From an uncultured virus (IMG/VR IMGVR_UViG_3300032160_000002) (lineage: Duplodnaviria > Heunggongvirae > Uroviricota > Caudoviricetes), in the IMG/VR virus record IMGVR_UViG_3300032160_000002: 64,000 nucleotides of DNA; one strand, written 5' to 3'. The notes beneath the pieces were generated by a model. The model did not search any database. It was not told the DNA's origin and saw nothing but the letters and a program-made list of their open reading frames with translations. Shown piece after piece: positions 1 through 9,678 of the stretch. Numbering within the stretch: position 1 is the first letter of the stretch; every line of letters begins with the position of its first letter. The position numbers were made by a program, and so were the translations under genes.

Positions 1-99
1 AAAGCCCTGACTTCTTTTGTAATCCGCTGATCACAGCGCTGGAAGCGCCTGCGCCACCCCAAAGCCAAATTCCCCCGGGAAGCGAGTATCCTCTTAGGT

Positions 100-127
100 A
101 GTTTACATAATACCTGTTATCGGACAT
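100..127 (-). other. dif-like XerC/XerD recombination site
   Basis: Minus strand reads ATGTCCGATAA-CAGGTA-TTATGTAAACT, an 11-6-11 layout with inner ATAA/TTAT. The right arm resembles the XerD arm of E. coli dif (TTATGTTAAAT). Confidence 0.75.
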
Positions 128-264
128 CGCGCGGGCAAGCCTCGAAAATCGGCCCGCAAGCCCACCGTCCCCGCTTCACTTCCTGAAAATCTCGACACGG
201 AGGCGTGCTTTGATCTCGCTTCCTAGCCTCCTTTCGTGGTTACTGCATACAATCGGGCTTCACG

Positions 265-657
265 TTGTGGGAGTCCAAGGCGCTTCCCCCGAAGAGCCTA
301 CCTTTGCCCTCCAGCCAGTCGGTCGAGCGCATCCTGGTGCGCCTCGAGCGAGCCGTTGTCTCCGAACTCAATCCTCACTTTCAAACCGACTACTGCATCG
401 CCTGGATCACCGTGCTGAACGCGGCGCGCGGCGTGGCAGAACCGCATGTGTCGGCAACCTACACGGTTCTGGGAATTCACCCGGACAAAGTTTGGCCGCG
501 GATTCAGGCGCGACGGCACGCCGATCTGCGCGACGAGTACGGAAAGTTTTATTCGCCAACGGGCGAACTGCTGAGCTTCGACGGCGAGTCCATGCCGAGA
601 AAGCCGGCGCAGGCGGAACGGCGAACGCTCAAGCGGGATGGCGAGAAAGCGGCCTGA
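265..657 (+). CDS. hypothetical phage protein
   Basis: 130-aa ORF with TTG start and genome-typical codon usage; start uncertain. Confidence 0.6.
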   Translation: MWESKALPPKSLPLPSSQSVERILVRLERAVVSELNPHFQTDYCIAWITVLNAARGVAEPHVSATYTVLGIHPDKVWPRIQARRHADLRDEYGKFYSPTGELLSFDGESMPRKPAQAERRTLKRDGEKAA

Positions 658-738
658 AGGTGTGAGCTAAAACAAACGGCGCGGGTTCATAGGCCGCGCC
701 GCCACAAAATCAAGTCCACCTAGGCAAGGAGAACTCAA

Positions 739-1146
739 CTGGCAGGATTCCACAATTCGCGCCCTGATTCAAGCGAAAAATCTGCGGAAAATCCTTCTCT
801 TTCTGTTGAAAACTCCCGCTCCCTTGCCTTGAAGCTGGCGGCCGATCTAGCACGCCAGATCGGAATGACGCGCACCTGGCCGAACCTCCAAACCATCCGT
901 CTCGCGATTGAAGGCGAAGCAGACTTCAGTGGAATCTCAATCAACCAGGCGGCCGCCGTCATCACCATGGCGGCGCTCCAGTGGACACGGTGCGGCGATG
1001 GTCTTACCTGTCCCTCGTCTTCGGAGCGATACATGACCTTGAAGGACAACACCATTGACCGATTCTGGTTTGAGGATGCCCGCTGGCGGAACAAAGGCGT
1101 GTACGTCGCATTCCTGGAGCGCTTGCAGGAGGCGATTTCGCCGTGA
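739..1146 (+). CDS. hypothetical protein
   Basis: Track ORF 829..1146 extends in frame to CTG at 739, which follows AAGGAG. Its stop overlaps the next start (GTGA). Confidence 0.6.
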   Translation: MAGFHNSRPDSSEKSAENPSLSVENSRSLALKLAADLARQIGMTRTWPNLQTIRLAIEGEADFSGISINQAAAVITMAALQWTRCGDGLTCPSSSERYMTLKDNTIDRFWFEDARWRNKGVYVAFLERLQEAISP

Positions 1147-1385
1147 GCATTGGCCGGGTGAAGTTCTTCAACGCCAAGAAGCACTGGGGGATTATTACCC
1201 CCGACGGAGTGAAGCCGCACGACCGGGAGAAGCAGGTGTTTTTCTACGAGAACGTTTTGCCGGAAGGGATGACGCGGATCGCGGAGGGCGCGGAAGTGGA
1301 ATTCGAACTGATTCCCTATCATCCCTCGGGCAAGCGGGCGTTGTCGATCAAGCTGTTGGGGCAGAGTTACGCAGCAGCCGACTGA
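1143..1385 (+). CDS. cold-shock domain (OB-fold) protein
   Basis: GRVKFFNAKKHWGIITPD...VFFY...EGAEVEFEL...GKRALSIK follows the CSD pattern (G.VK.F...KG.GFI, VF.H, EG..VEF). Confidence 0.85.
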   Translation: MSIGRVKFFNAKKHWGIITPDGVKPHDREKQVFFYENVLPEGMTRIAEGAEVEFELIPYHPSGKRALSIKLLGQSYAAAD

Positions 1386-1398
1386 AAAGGAGCAGCCT

Positions 1399-1593
1399 AT
1401 GGAACCGACTAAGTGGTCGATGGAATTTGTGGAACGGCGCATGGAGGCACATCGCCGCTGGCAGCATGAAGTCGAATACGCCCTGATCGAAGAGATCATC
1501 GACGAAGTGCAGGCTCTTCCCAAGCGGCAACCGAAGACTGGAAGACTGTTTCTGGAGTTGCCGGAGCCGATGCGGGAGCAGGCGGGACAATGA
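1399..1593 (+). CDS. hypothetical protein
   Basis: AAGGAG RBS; ATGA overlap with the next gene. Confidence 0.65.
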   Translation: MEPTKWSMEFVERRMEAHRRWQHEVEYALIEEIIDEVQALPKRQPKTGRLFLELPEPMREQAGQ

Positions 1594-3158
1594 GCGAGAT
1601 TTTGCTTGGCTACGAAGTCGGTACTGGCGAAGCCGTGCGAGTGCCTTACGCGCATACGGTTGTCTGCGGCCAGACTCAAGCCAGCGGAAAAACTACCACG
1701 CTCGAAGGAATGATCTCTCGCGCGGATGGCAAAGTGGCGATCGCTTTCGCCACGAAACAGGCTGAGAGTGCTTTCGCTGGCGCCCGCCGCATTCCGCCAT
1801 TTTTCCGCGATCGCGCCGATTGGCAATTCGTGGAGTCGATCCTCGAAGCCATGATGCAGGAGCGGATGAAGTACGAGCGGCAGTGGATCATCCGGGTCTG
1901 CAAGGGTGCGCAGTCCCTTGAGGAAGTGGCCGCGAACACGGAGCGCGCGCTGCACGGTGACGGCAAGCATGCGAAGCCTGCCTCTGGTTATGCGGCGGGA
2001 ATGTATCTGCAGCTCTCTGAATATTTCAAGCTGATTTTGCCAGAGCTGAAGCGCTTGAAGGTTCGCATGTCTCGCGAGTCCCTGGAATTGGATTTAATGC
2101 CAGGGCTCAACGTGATGGACCTCACCGAATATTCGATCGAGATGCAATCGCTCTGCATCGCTTCGACCTTCGAGAAGGTTTACAAGATGCGCGGCATCAT
2201 CAGCGTGATCCCCGAGGCGTGGGAGTTCATCCCACAGGGCAAGAATACGCCGGTCAAGGTTGCTGCGGTCTCGTTGGTTCGTAAGGGGCTGGGCGCGGGC
2301 AATTTGATGTGGCTGGACTCGCAGGACATCGCCGGCGTCGATAAGCCGCTGCTGAAACAGGTTGGCGTTTGGATTCTCGGGGTGCAGCGCGAGATCAACG
2401 AAGTCGAGCATACCATCGCGCAAATGCCCGTCCCGAAAAAGGCGAAGCCGAAGCCGGAAGACGTAATGCAGTTGCGCCGCGGGCAGTTCTACGTCTCGTT
2501 CGGCGACGTGATGAAGCGAGTTTATGTACTACCGCGCTGGATGCCGGAAGGCATGGGTCAGAGAATCGCGAGAAGTGCGCCGAGCGCGGCCGCTGAGGCC
2601 ATGATGCGCGACGCCATCGAAAAGTATCAGCCGGAAAATCGCCGGCACGAGGAGGAGAACGTGGACTATAAAGCGGCCTACGAAGAAGCGCAGCAGGAAA
2701 ATGAGCGACTGAAGAAACGTCTCGCTGAACTGGAATTGATAGTCAAGGGTCGCCTCGGGAAGCCAGAGCCACAGTCGGCGCCCCCTGCGGCAAGTCCCAC
2801 CCCTCGCAACGGTGACGTCGTCGTTGGAGATGAAGTCATGATGTTGCTCGACGTGCGCAAGCCCACGATCGACGTGACCGTGCGGAAATATACCGTCGAG
2901 ATGGGCGACGACAACACCCAGGGCCGTCTCGCCGTCTTGCTGTCGGAGGGATTTTTGGATTCACCCAAGCGCATTCAGGATTTCTATCCTGAGTTTCGTG
3001 CGCGCGGCTGGATGAAACAGACAGGAGCGCCGACGCCGCTCAACCTTCCCCTCGCCAAACTCACGGAGATGGGATTTCTGCGCATGGTGGGAAAGAACAC
3101 GTATCAATCCGTCCCCGGCATGAAGGTGAACGTGAAAGAAGTCAACGCCGTCGCCTGA
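1590..3158 (+). CDS. HerA/FtsK-like P-loop ATPase (DUF87-like) with coiled coil and possible C-terminal winged helix
   Basis: HTVVCGQTQASGKTTT Walker A; IPEAWEF at the Walker B position; RKG arginine-finger region; LDSQ; L.RGQF motifs. Confidence 0.75.
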   Translation: MSEILLGYEVGTGEAVRVPYAHTVVCGQTQASGKTTTLEGMISRADGKVAIAFATKQAESAFAGARRIPPFFRDRADWQFVESILEAMMQERMKYERQWIIRVCKGAQSLEEVAANTERALHGDGKHAKPASGYAAGMYLQLSEYFKLILPELKRLKVRMSRESLELDLMPGLNVMDLTEYSIEMQSLCIASTFEKVYKMRGIISVIPEAWEFIPQGKNTPVKVAAVSLVRKGLGAGNLMWLDSQDIAGVDKPLLKQVGVWILGVQREINEVEHTIAQMPVPKKAKPKPEDVMQLRRGQFYVSFGDVMKRVYVLPRWMPEGMGQRIARSAPSAAAEAMMRDAIEKYQPENRRHEEENVDYKAAYEEAQQENERLKKRLAELELIVKGRLGKPEPQSAPPAASPTPRNGDVVVGDEVMMLLDVRKPTIDVTVRKYTVEMGDDNTQGRLAVLLSEGFLDSPKRIQDFYPEFRARGWMKQTGAPTPLNLPLAKLTEMGFLRMVGKNTYQSVPGMKVNVKEVNAVA

Positions 3159-3169
3159 AAGGATTCTGC

Positions 3170-3379
3170 ATGAGCTGCTCCACCGAAACCGTAGCTTCCG
3201 ACTTCGTCACCGTCTTGGACTCGGACATCTACCGGGACAAGCGCTGGTGCGCGAACTGCGGAGGGGAACAAGCGTTCGTGGAAGTCTACGAATTTGAAGG
3301 CGGGCGGGTGGGATTCTGCTGGGGCTGTGGAGAAGAAAGAGTCGTGCCATTCAGTAGAACCAACTCAGAGGCAGCGTGA
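3170..3379 (+). CDS. small zinc-ribbon protein
   Basis: CANC...CWGC; AAGGA RBS. Confidence 0.7.
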   Translation: MSCSTETVASDFVTVLDSDIYRDKRWCANCGGEQAFVEVYEFEGGRVGFCWGCGEERVVPFSRTNSEAA

Positions 3380-3619
3380 AAAAGTCTTTGCGTCTACGAA
3401 GCATCGCCTGAACTGGCAGCTTTGGGATGGGTCCAACTGCCCATGAAGCTCTTGAGAGGAGATGGTAAGCGTGGGAAAACAAGTTTGGAACTGGCGCTCT
3501 CAGGCCCGAGCAGTCCGAGTCAGGGCAAGTACCCGGCGTGAAGCTGGAATCAGTCTCGGATTCTTTGTCAGCTAGTTCCATTTAAGTTTCCGGGTTGGCG
3601 GGCAGTTAGCCCCACAATT

Positions 3620-3850
3620 ATGGGTTTTGATTCCAGCGAATCAAAAAATGGGCAACAAGCCCGCCCCGGAAAGAAGGAGATAGTCAGCATGGCGAGATGG
3701 CGAAAAACGCGGAGAGTGTTTTATTTGTCATGGCGCTACTTTACGACCGTGATCGTCGGCATTCTTTGCTTCTGGTTTTATTTCACACGGCCAAAGGAGT
3801 GGCGGGAAGATTTGTTAGAACCCGCCAGGAGTAAGCCCGACGGTGGGTAG
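3620..3850 (+). CDS. small membrane protein (start may be the later ATG after AAGGAG)
   Basis: Hydrophobic stretch FTTVIVGILCFWFYF. Confidence 0.5.
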   Translation: MGFDSSESKNGQQARPGKKEIVSMARWRKTRRVFYLSWRYFTTVIVGILCFWFYFTRPKEWREDLLEPARSKPDGG

Positions 3851-3903
3851 CTGGACCCGCTCGACTCAAAGTTCGGAGACGTGCTTCGTAGAAGAAAACG
3901 ATT

Positions 3904-4125
3904 TTGAAGGTGCTGAAAATGCCAACCGGCGACTACGCCATCCAATTCGTCCTGAGAAACGGAACCAAGGAATTCTTGCTGATCCCCCTCACCAAGACTC
4001 CTCAGAGCTTCCCTTCTTACGCCGCCGCCACCCGTCAGGCCAACTCGCTGATTCAAGCCAACAACCAGAAGCCGAAGTATCTGTCCGTGAACATCGTGCC
4101 GTATCCCAAGAGGAGCACACCATGA
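3904..4125 (+). CDS. hypothetical protein
   Basis: Typical codon usage; stop overlaps the methyltransferase ATG. Confidence 0.6.
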   Translation: MKVLKMPTGDYAIQFVLRNGTKEFLLIPLTKTPQSFPSYAAATRQANSLIQANNQKPKYLSVNIVPYPKRSTP

Positions 4126-4925
4126 CCACTCTCTCCGTCCGCGAGCAAGCCGAAATCCACCGCTCTGCCAGCGAAGCCGCCAAAGGTGCGAACTCGTTGG
4201 ACTACTCTCAATTGGAGCGCTATCGCAATCCGCCGGCGAATACCGTCTACCCGCTCGAATACGCCTATCACTTACTCGGGGATGTCACCGGGAAAACCGT
4301 GCTCGATCTGGGATGTGGACAAGGGGAGAACTCGATCGCGTTAATCCAGCGCGGCGCCTACACCATCGGGATCGACATCTCGCCGGAGTTGATCGACATC
4401 GCCCGCGAACGCAAACGACGCTTTGGTGCCAGCGAGTTAGGATCGATATTGTTCTGCGGCTCGGCCTACGACACCGGACTGCCGGAGAACTCCGTGGATG
4501 GGATCTTCTCGATCGCCCTGATTCACCACTTGGAGATTCCCCGAGTGCAGAAGGAGATGCTGCGAATCCTGAAGCCGGGGGGATTTGTCATCCTGCAGGA
4601 GCCCGTCCGGTTCTCGCGTGCGTATGCGTGGCTGCGACAATTCTTTCCCGCCCAGGCCGACGTCTCAGACTTTGAGCATCCGCTGACTCGGGAAGAGTTG
4701 GATGTGGTGCTGTTCCCGTTTCGGATGGAGAGTTTGCGGTATTTCTGGTTGCCCTGGGTTGGATTAGCTTTGCGCTGGTTTCCAACGCTTGAGCATGAGG
4801 CGATTCGATGGAGTGCGCGGATGCTCGAACGATGGCCTCGGCTGGAGAGGTACGCGACGGTGGTGGTGGTGAGGTTGGTGAAGGAGGGGAAGATCGAGAC
4901 GGGACAGAGGAGGATGGCGTCGTGA
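4122..4925 (+). CDS. class I SAM-dependent methyltransferase (non-DNA type)
   Basis: VLDLGCGQG motif I, GIDIS, LPENSVD, RILKPGG; ATG 4122 follows GAGGAG. Confidence 0.9.
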   Translation: MTTLSVREQAEIHRSASEAAKGANSLDYSQLERYRNPPANTVYPLEYAYHLLGDVTGKTVLDLGCGQGENSIALIQRGAYTIGIDISPELIDIARERKRRFGASELGSILFCGSAYDTGLPENSVDGIFSIALIHHLEIPRVQKEMLRILKPGGFVILQEPVRFSRAYAWLRQFFPAQADVSDFEHPLTREELDVVLFPFRMESLRYFWLPWVGLALRWFPTLEHEAIRWSARMLERWPRLERYATVVVVRLVKEGKIETGQRRMAS

Positions 4926-5122
4926 GCCGATTGTTGATGCATTACGCGATTCCCTCGGAAGGCTTGCCGGACCTGGCGAAAGTGGGGATTGCTTACGTGG
5001 CAATGTTTGCGTGGCGCTGCGGGAATTGCAATGTCGATTTCCATCTGGATAAGAAGCCGATATTTTGCCCGACTTGTGGCACGAAGTTCACACGCGAGGA
5101 AAGATTCGGGAGAGCCGCATGA
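4922..5122 (+). CDS. small zinc-ribbon protein
   Basis: CGNC...CPTC; GTG start overlapping the upstream stop; GGAGG upstream. Confidence 0.7.
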   Translation: MSRLLMHYAIPSEGLPDLAKVGIAYVAMFAWRCGNCNVDFHLDKKPIFCPTCGTKFTREERFGRAA

Positions 5123-5171
5123 GTGCTGCTTTCACCCTCGACTACTCCGGGCCGCAAACAGGGAGACTTGA

Positions 5172-5366
5172 ATGACTCAGCACTTCACCCGCCTCACGGT
5201 TTCCTCGGCCTTCTACTGCTCCAAGTGCGGGAAGGTCACCCAGCACCGCATCGATGACAAAAGAAAAGGGCCGTGTCTCGGATGCATCGCCAGATTGGAT
5301 CAGCAACATGATGCACCGAAGCCGGAAGTAAACAAGCAATCGAATCTTTTTGGAGAGGCGACGTAG
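5172..5366 (+). CDS. small zinc-ribbon protein
   Basis: CSKC...CLGC; GGGAG RBS. Confidence 0.7.
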   Translation: MTQHFTRLTVSSAFYCSKCGKVTQHRIDDKRKGPCLGCIARLDQQHDAPKPEVNKQSNLFGEAT

Positions 5367-5717
5367 ATGTGCCTTCACATGGACTTGCCGGGTGGTGGTC
5401 ACGCGATCATCTGCGGGACGCGGCAGCGCGTGAAGTATTGTGCGTGTGGCCGAGTAGCTCCGCTGCTCTGCGATTGGAAGGTGAAAGAGAAACGGAGCGC
5501 GACGTGCGATCAGCCGATCTGCGAAAAGCACGCGATGCAGGTGGGGCCAGATAAGCATCTCTGCCCGCAGCACCAGAAAGCCTATGCCGAATGGCAGAAG
5601 CGCCATCCGGGAGCAATTCTGCCGCCCGACTACCAGCAGTTATCACTTCTCGCCGACGCGCACGCCGATGGAGGGCAGGGTCCCGGAAAAGTTTCGCCCG
5701 AAGAGAGGAACACGTAG
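5367..5717 (+). CDS. Cys/His-rich hypothetical phage protein
   Basis: CAC...LCDW...TCDQPICEKH...LCPQH. Confidence 0.75.
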   Translation: MCLHMDLPGGGHAIICGTRQRVKYCACGRVAPLLCDWKVKEKRSATCDQPICEKHAMQVGPDKHLCPQHQKAYAEWQKRHPGAILPPDYQQLSLLADAHADGGQGPGKVSPEERNT

Positions 5718-5720
5718 AAA

Positions 5721-5855
5721 ATGAACGACCCAGTCATAGTGATGGGCACGGTCTGTGTTCTGGCAGGTTTAGTCGGAGGGTTGATAACTCTCGGAGCCTT
5801 TGTGTTTGGCATGTTCTACGAGAGGGAGAGGCAGCGGAAGGAGCGGGAGCAGTGA
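5721..5855 (+). CDS. 44-aa single-pass membrane peptide
   Basis: Read manually: MNDPVIVMGTVCVLAGLVGGLITLGAFVFGMFYERERQRKEREQ; fills the gap with coupled stop and start. Confidence 0.6.
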   Translation: MNDPVIVMGTVCVLAGLVGGLITLGAFVFGMFYERERQRKEREQ

Positions 5856-6178
5856 AAGCGAATCCAAAAGGCGAATCGGACGCGGAGAAAATCGCACGGC
5901 TCGAAGGTTGGGTGCGCGATCTGCAGTCGGGCATGTACATCAACTGCGTTTACTGTGGGCATCGCTACGGCCCAGAAGATAAAGTCCCGTCTTCCATGGC
6001 GGACATGCTGAAGCGTCACGTCGCGCAATGTCCCGAGCACCCGATGGCGAAATGTGTGAAGGCTCTCGAAGCCGCGTCCCACGGACTGCGCAGTTACCAG
6101 TTCGGCAATGCCGCGCCAGCCTTGGCCGGAGAGATGGCGGATCACATCGATGCGCTCCTGAAGGAGATCGCGGCATGA
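5852..6178 (+). CDS. zinc-finger protein (CxxC...HxxxC)
   Basis: CVYCG...HVAQCPEHPM; GTG start overlapping the upstream stop. Confidence 0.7.
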   Translation: MKANPKGESDAEKIARLEGWVRDLQSGMYINCVYCGHRYGPEDKVPSSMADMLKRHVAQCPEHPMAKCVKALEAASHGLRSYQFGNAAPALAGEMADHIDALLKEIAA

Positions 6179-6537
6179 TGCCCTCCGAACTCTTAGCCGA
6201 CCTCGACACCGGGCCAATCCCCAACTCGGAAAGCTTGCTCTTCGCCCGCATCTTACTGCGCTACCTGGCCGATCACGCGAGAGATGCCCAACTCGCCGAC
6301 GGCTCCTACTTATCCGACATCACCAGCTTTGTAGACTGGTTGCGCGAATTAGCCGAAGCCGCTAGAACTTCCTCCGGCAGGAAGGTTCCCTCCATCCGAC
6401 CCGCGCAAGCTTGCTACGACACCGTGAGAGGCGACTGGTGCCCAGACTGCGGCCACGTGCATGTGGATGAGAGTGAGTGTCAGTTTCCCATTGGTGGAGG
6501 AAGAAGGTGCCGGTGTGAAAGGCAGGTGCCCGCATGA
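6175..6537 (+). CDS. hypothetical protein with C-terminal Cys cluster
   Basis: AAGGAG RBS, ATGA coupling, CPDCGH...C...CRC. Confidence 0.7.
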   Translation: MMPSELLADLDTGPIPNSESLLFARILLRYLADHARDAQLADGSYLSDITSFVDWLRELAEAARTSSGRKVPSIRPAQACYDTVRGDWCPDCGHVHVDESECQFPIGGGRRCRCERQVPA

Positions 6538-7460
6538 AACTATTCTGGCTTCTCTTCGCTTTGGGCGCGCCGACGAGCGCAATCAGTTACTGGCTCTCTG
6601 GCGTGATGTGGGGATTCCATGTCTGGGAGAAGATCCCCGAGCGGATCAAGAAGTACTGGAAGATTTACGCGGCGGTCACGCTCTTGTCCGGCGGCGGGGC
6701 GGCTGTGACCATGGCGCGACCCTGCGACATTCCGTTGTGGGCGGGCCTCTCCGCTATGAACTCATCGGCGGAAACCCGCGAGGCGCATCCAATCGAAACA
6801 CGCCGCTGGAGAGACTTAGGAAAGATAGACACGCCTCCGAGCGACGTGCTGAAACGACTGAAGCAGCAAACGGACGCTGACGAGAAACAGGCGAAGGCGG
6901 CAGAAGAGAAGAAAGCGCGGGATGCTCGAGAGCGCTTAGACCTGATCAAGTCCGGCTCTGTTCCCAAACAATTCTTAGCGCGTGAAGTGCGCAAGCGGCA
7001 GAAGGAAGAGGAGCGACAGCAGAAGCTCATGGCGCAGATCGACGCGCAGATACAGGCGATGGCGCAGCAGCAGGTGGTTTGGACAACTTCCACGATTACC
7101 AACGGAACGGTGATGATGACGTCGGGCGGAACGATGACCTTCAGCTCCTCACAAACCCAGCCCATCGGTACGCGCAAAGGTCCGTTCTGTCGCGTCACTT
7201 GCAGTTTTCACCATGGCGATCCACGCCAAGGGACGGGCGATGTCGAATTAGACGCGGAATTTTGCCAGAAGAACCGCATTCCGCCAGAGTTGGATGAAGT
7301 CATGGGCTGGATACAGGTGAACGACCAACTGGAAGTGAAGCAGCCTTGGCCGGGGCCAGCAGGCGGCGGACTCGATAACTACAAACTCTACTGGGTGGGG
7401 CGAACAAATGAAGAGATGGCGACACCCGAGCTTTTGGGCAGCGGACCCGGCGGGCATTAA
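6534..7460 (+). CDS. membrane-anchored coiled-coil protein
   Basis: Two N-terminal hydrophobic segments and a central K/E/Q-rich helix. Confidence 0.7.
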   Translation: MKLFWLLFALGAPTSAISYWLSGVMWGFHVWEKIPERIKKYWKIYAAVTLLSGGGAAVTMARPCDIPLWAGLSAMNSSAETREAHPIETRRWRDLGKIDTPPSDVLKRLKQQTDADEKQAKAAEEKKARDARERLDLIKSGSVPKQFLAREVRKRQKEEERQQKLMAQIDAQIQAMAQQQVVWTTSTITNGTVMMTSGGTMTFSSSQTQPIGTRKGPFCRVTCSFHHGDPRQGTGDVELDAEFCQKNRIPPELDEVMGWIQVNDQLEVKQPWPGPAGGGLDNYKLYWVGRTNEEMATPELLGSGPGGH

Positions 7461-7630
7461 ACGCGGAGAGTGAAAGGTGAGAATAGAAAGAGATTTAGAT
7501 TCTGTAGTTCGCTAGAACGGGACACGTAGAAAAGAAAAGTTTTTGGCATCATCCTGTTGTCGAATCGTGAAGTCGAAGGAGGAAAAATCAGAACACAGCT
7601 TTAGCAACTCTGAGATGTCTCACAAGCAAC

Positions 7631-7720
7631 CGGGCCGCGCCCGTGCTGAAACACGAACGCGGTCCTAACCCGCAGCAAGCCTCAAAGGAGGAGGCTCACG
7701 ACATGGCTCGTATAAATTTA
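7631..7720 (-). ncRNA. candidate cis-antisense RNA / structured leader cassette, copy A
   Basis: Near-identical to 12521-12608: GC hairpin plus SD-occluding hairpin; antisense -10-like TAAATT at 7715-7720. Confidence 0.5.
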
Positions 7721-9247
7721 CGCCAAATTCTGTATGCATTCGCTGTCACTCTACTGCTGGCTCTGCCGCTATTGGGGCAGCACACGATGGACGGTGGCAG
7801 TTTCACATTCAACTACACGTCTTCTCCGGGTACTCCAACGATGGTGGATCACACTGCATGGTGTGCGACCCACGACTGTTACGTCGGTATCGGCGGCCCA
7901 GGAGGACAAGTTAGTGTAGGAGCAGATGGAACGCTCTATGAATTAAGTACACCAGGAAACAAGGCGTATCCAGATGCTCTATACACATACACTCCCGCGA
8001 GTGGGTGGGTAGCAGCCGCATCCGGATTACAAACTGCTGGAGGCAACGCAATTACACAAGTCTCCGTGGGAGGGTTTGGCAATTTCCTAGCCTTGACAGC
8101 AGGCACCAACAATGTTTATGGCTACAATACCACTGGCGGAGCCCATTGGTACTCGCTGCCGGGAAACGGCACCTGTACTTGGGTCGCGATTGCTTCAGAC
8201 GGAACCATGGTCTGTCTCAACTCTGACGGAGGCCACGTTTATCTTTACGACAGAACCTCACAAACGTGGAATTTGATTGGGAGCGACTCCGCAAATGTGG
8301 CTGTGGAAAATTCTGCAACAATTTTAGCGGTGAATGCGGGGAACAACGGACTATACATATACGAAGGTGAGGGGAACTGGACGCAAATAACACCGCTTCC
8401 TTTCACCCCTTCCACGTTGACGACAGCGATCACTCTCGGCGGTCAGAATTTAGCAATGCTCGACACCGGCGGTCACCTATATACCTCGACTGCTCTAGGA
8501 GAGAGCGGAACCTGGTCAGCGGCATTTGATGGTGCTGGACTTAACACTGTAACCGGCGGTGCGTACACACTTTTTGAGTTGACTGATCAAACCCTTGGCC
8601 ACGTCAATTTGCTCGTGCCACAAGTAAGCATGACAACGAGTGGCTATTCTAGCTGCCCAGGCGATCCAACCATTTGTCAGAACATAAACCACACCTTGCA
8701 CGCCAACGTAACGTGGAATGGTGTCGCAACCGATGAATACACCATAGGCCCAGCCGGGAATCAACTTCAGGTCACAGCCTTCGGAAACGGCGATCTCTGT
8801 GATCCTCTTCTAAATCCAGAGTCAGAATTTTGCCAAGGTTCCGTAGAAGGTGATACCGTGTGTCCCTATGTTGGAACGTTGGCCAGTCTTTCGGGGATTT
8901 TCAAGGGTACTGGTTACGGAGAGGCTGTGCTCGGACTGCAGTGGACGGGGACATCGAGTGCGGGACCTTCAAAAAACGACGCTTGGTGCGATGTGAAGCC
9001 CTACTGCACTCCCGAGACCAATCCACCCCTTTGCGGCGGTCCGTCCAAAGAGTTTATAACTCTTCCGCAGGGCGTCTCGGCCCAGACGGAGTGCGGGAAT
9101 GCCGACCATTGGAAGATGAGCGATCCGTACTTTAACATCAGCATATTCGGACACATCGTCCACACGTTCTGCACCGATGAGAATTTTGGGGCAACCTGGC
9201 TCGGCAAGGGAGCACCAGCCGTTGTTTGCACCACGACACCTGACTAG
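7703..9247 (+). CDS. secreted tectonin-like beta-propeller protein with Cys-rich C-terminal domain
   Basis: GGAGG RBS; signal peptide (YAFAVTLLLALPLLG-Q); repeats QVSVGADGTLYEL, QVSVGGFGNFLAL, WVAIASDGTMVCL, NVAVENSATILAV. Confidence 0.7.
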   Translation: MARINLRQILYAFAVTLLLALPLLGQHTMDGGSFTFNYTSSPGTPTMVDHTAWCATHDCYVGIGGPGGQVSVGADGTLYELSTPGNKAYPDALYTYTPASGWVAAASGLQTAGGNAITQVSVGGFGNFLALTAGTNNVYGYNTTGGAHWYSLPGNGTCTWVAIASDGTMVCLNSDGGHVYLYDRTSQTWNLIGSDSANVAVENSATILAVNAGNNGLYIYEGEGNWTQITPLPFTPSTLTTAITLGGQNLAMLDTGGHLYTSTALGESGTWSAAFDGAGLNTVTGGAYTLFELTDQTLGHVNLLVPQVSMTTSGYSSCPGDPTICQNINHTLHANVTWNGVATDEYTIGPAGNQLQVTAFGNGDLCDPLLNPESEFCQGSVEGDTVCPYVGTLASLSGIFKGTGYGEAVLGLQWTGTSSAGPSKNDAWCDVKPYCTPETNPPLCGGPSKEFITLPQGVSAQTECGNADHWKMSDPYFNISIFGHIVHTFCTDENFGATWLGKGAPAVVCTTTPD

Positions 9248-9357
9248 CACCGAAGGAAGTTGCACCGCTCCGATTTCGGTTGGGGCGGTGTACAATTTCA
9301 CTCGCTACGGGATGGAGCCTCAGTACTCAATCCCACCGCCGAAATAAAGGAGGCAAC

Positions 9358-9678
9358 GTGAACAAGCTAAAAAACGAGTGTCACAGCATGAAGCGAGTAT
9401 TACGGGAGCTTTTTTTGGGCATATTAACGATTGGTGCCGTGGCGTGGGCAGCGCATTGGAGCTGGTTTTTGCTGGGCAGGGGGCTGGGACCGGAGGGAAT
9501 CTGGGGAGTCCGCGAGCCAAGTTTCAGCGTGAGAGGTCCAAGCGGCGTCGTTGAATACTACCACCAATTCCATTTCCATCTGCTGACCGGCCTGCTGGGC
9601 GCGTACCTGCCGCTCGGCCTGCTGGGCGCATTCTGGGTGTGGCGATGGGCTAGTCCCCGTCGAGCGCCACTTCCTTGA
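9358..9678 (+). CDS. two-TM membrane protein
   Basis: AAGGAGG before GTG 9358; two hydrophobic segments. Confidence 0.6.
   Translation: MNKLKNECHSMKRVLRELFLGILTIGAVAWAAHWSWFLLGRGLGPEGIWGVREPSFSVRGPSGVVEYYHQFHFHLLTGLLGAYLPLGLLGAFWVWRWASPRRAPLP

Noticed and set aside
3351..3583. ORF or pseudogene in this gap
   Set aside because: No recognisable motif, and plus-strand frames are interrupted; cannot be supported
3843..4121. N-terminal extension of the methyltransferase in the ORF track
   Set aside because: Overlaps the 3904-4125 gene; a strong RBS supports ATG 4122
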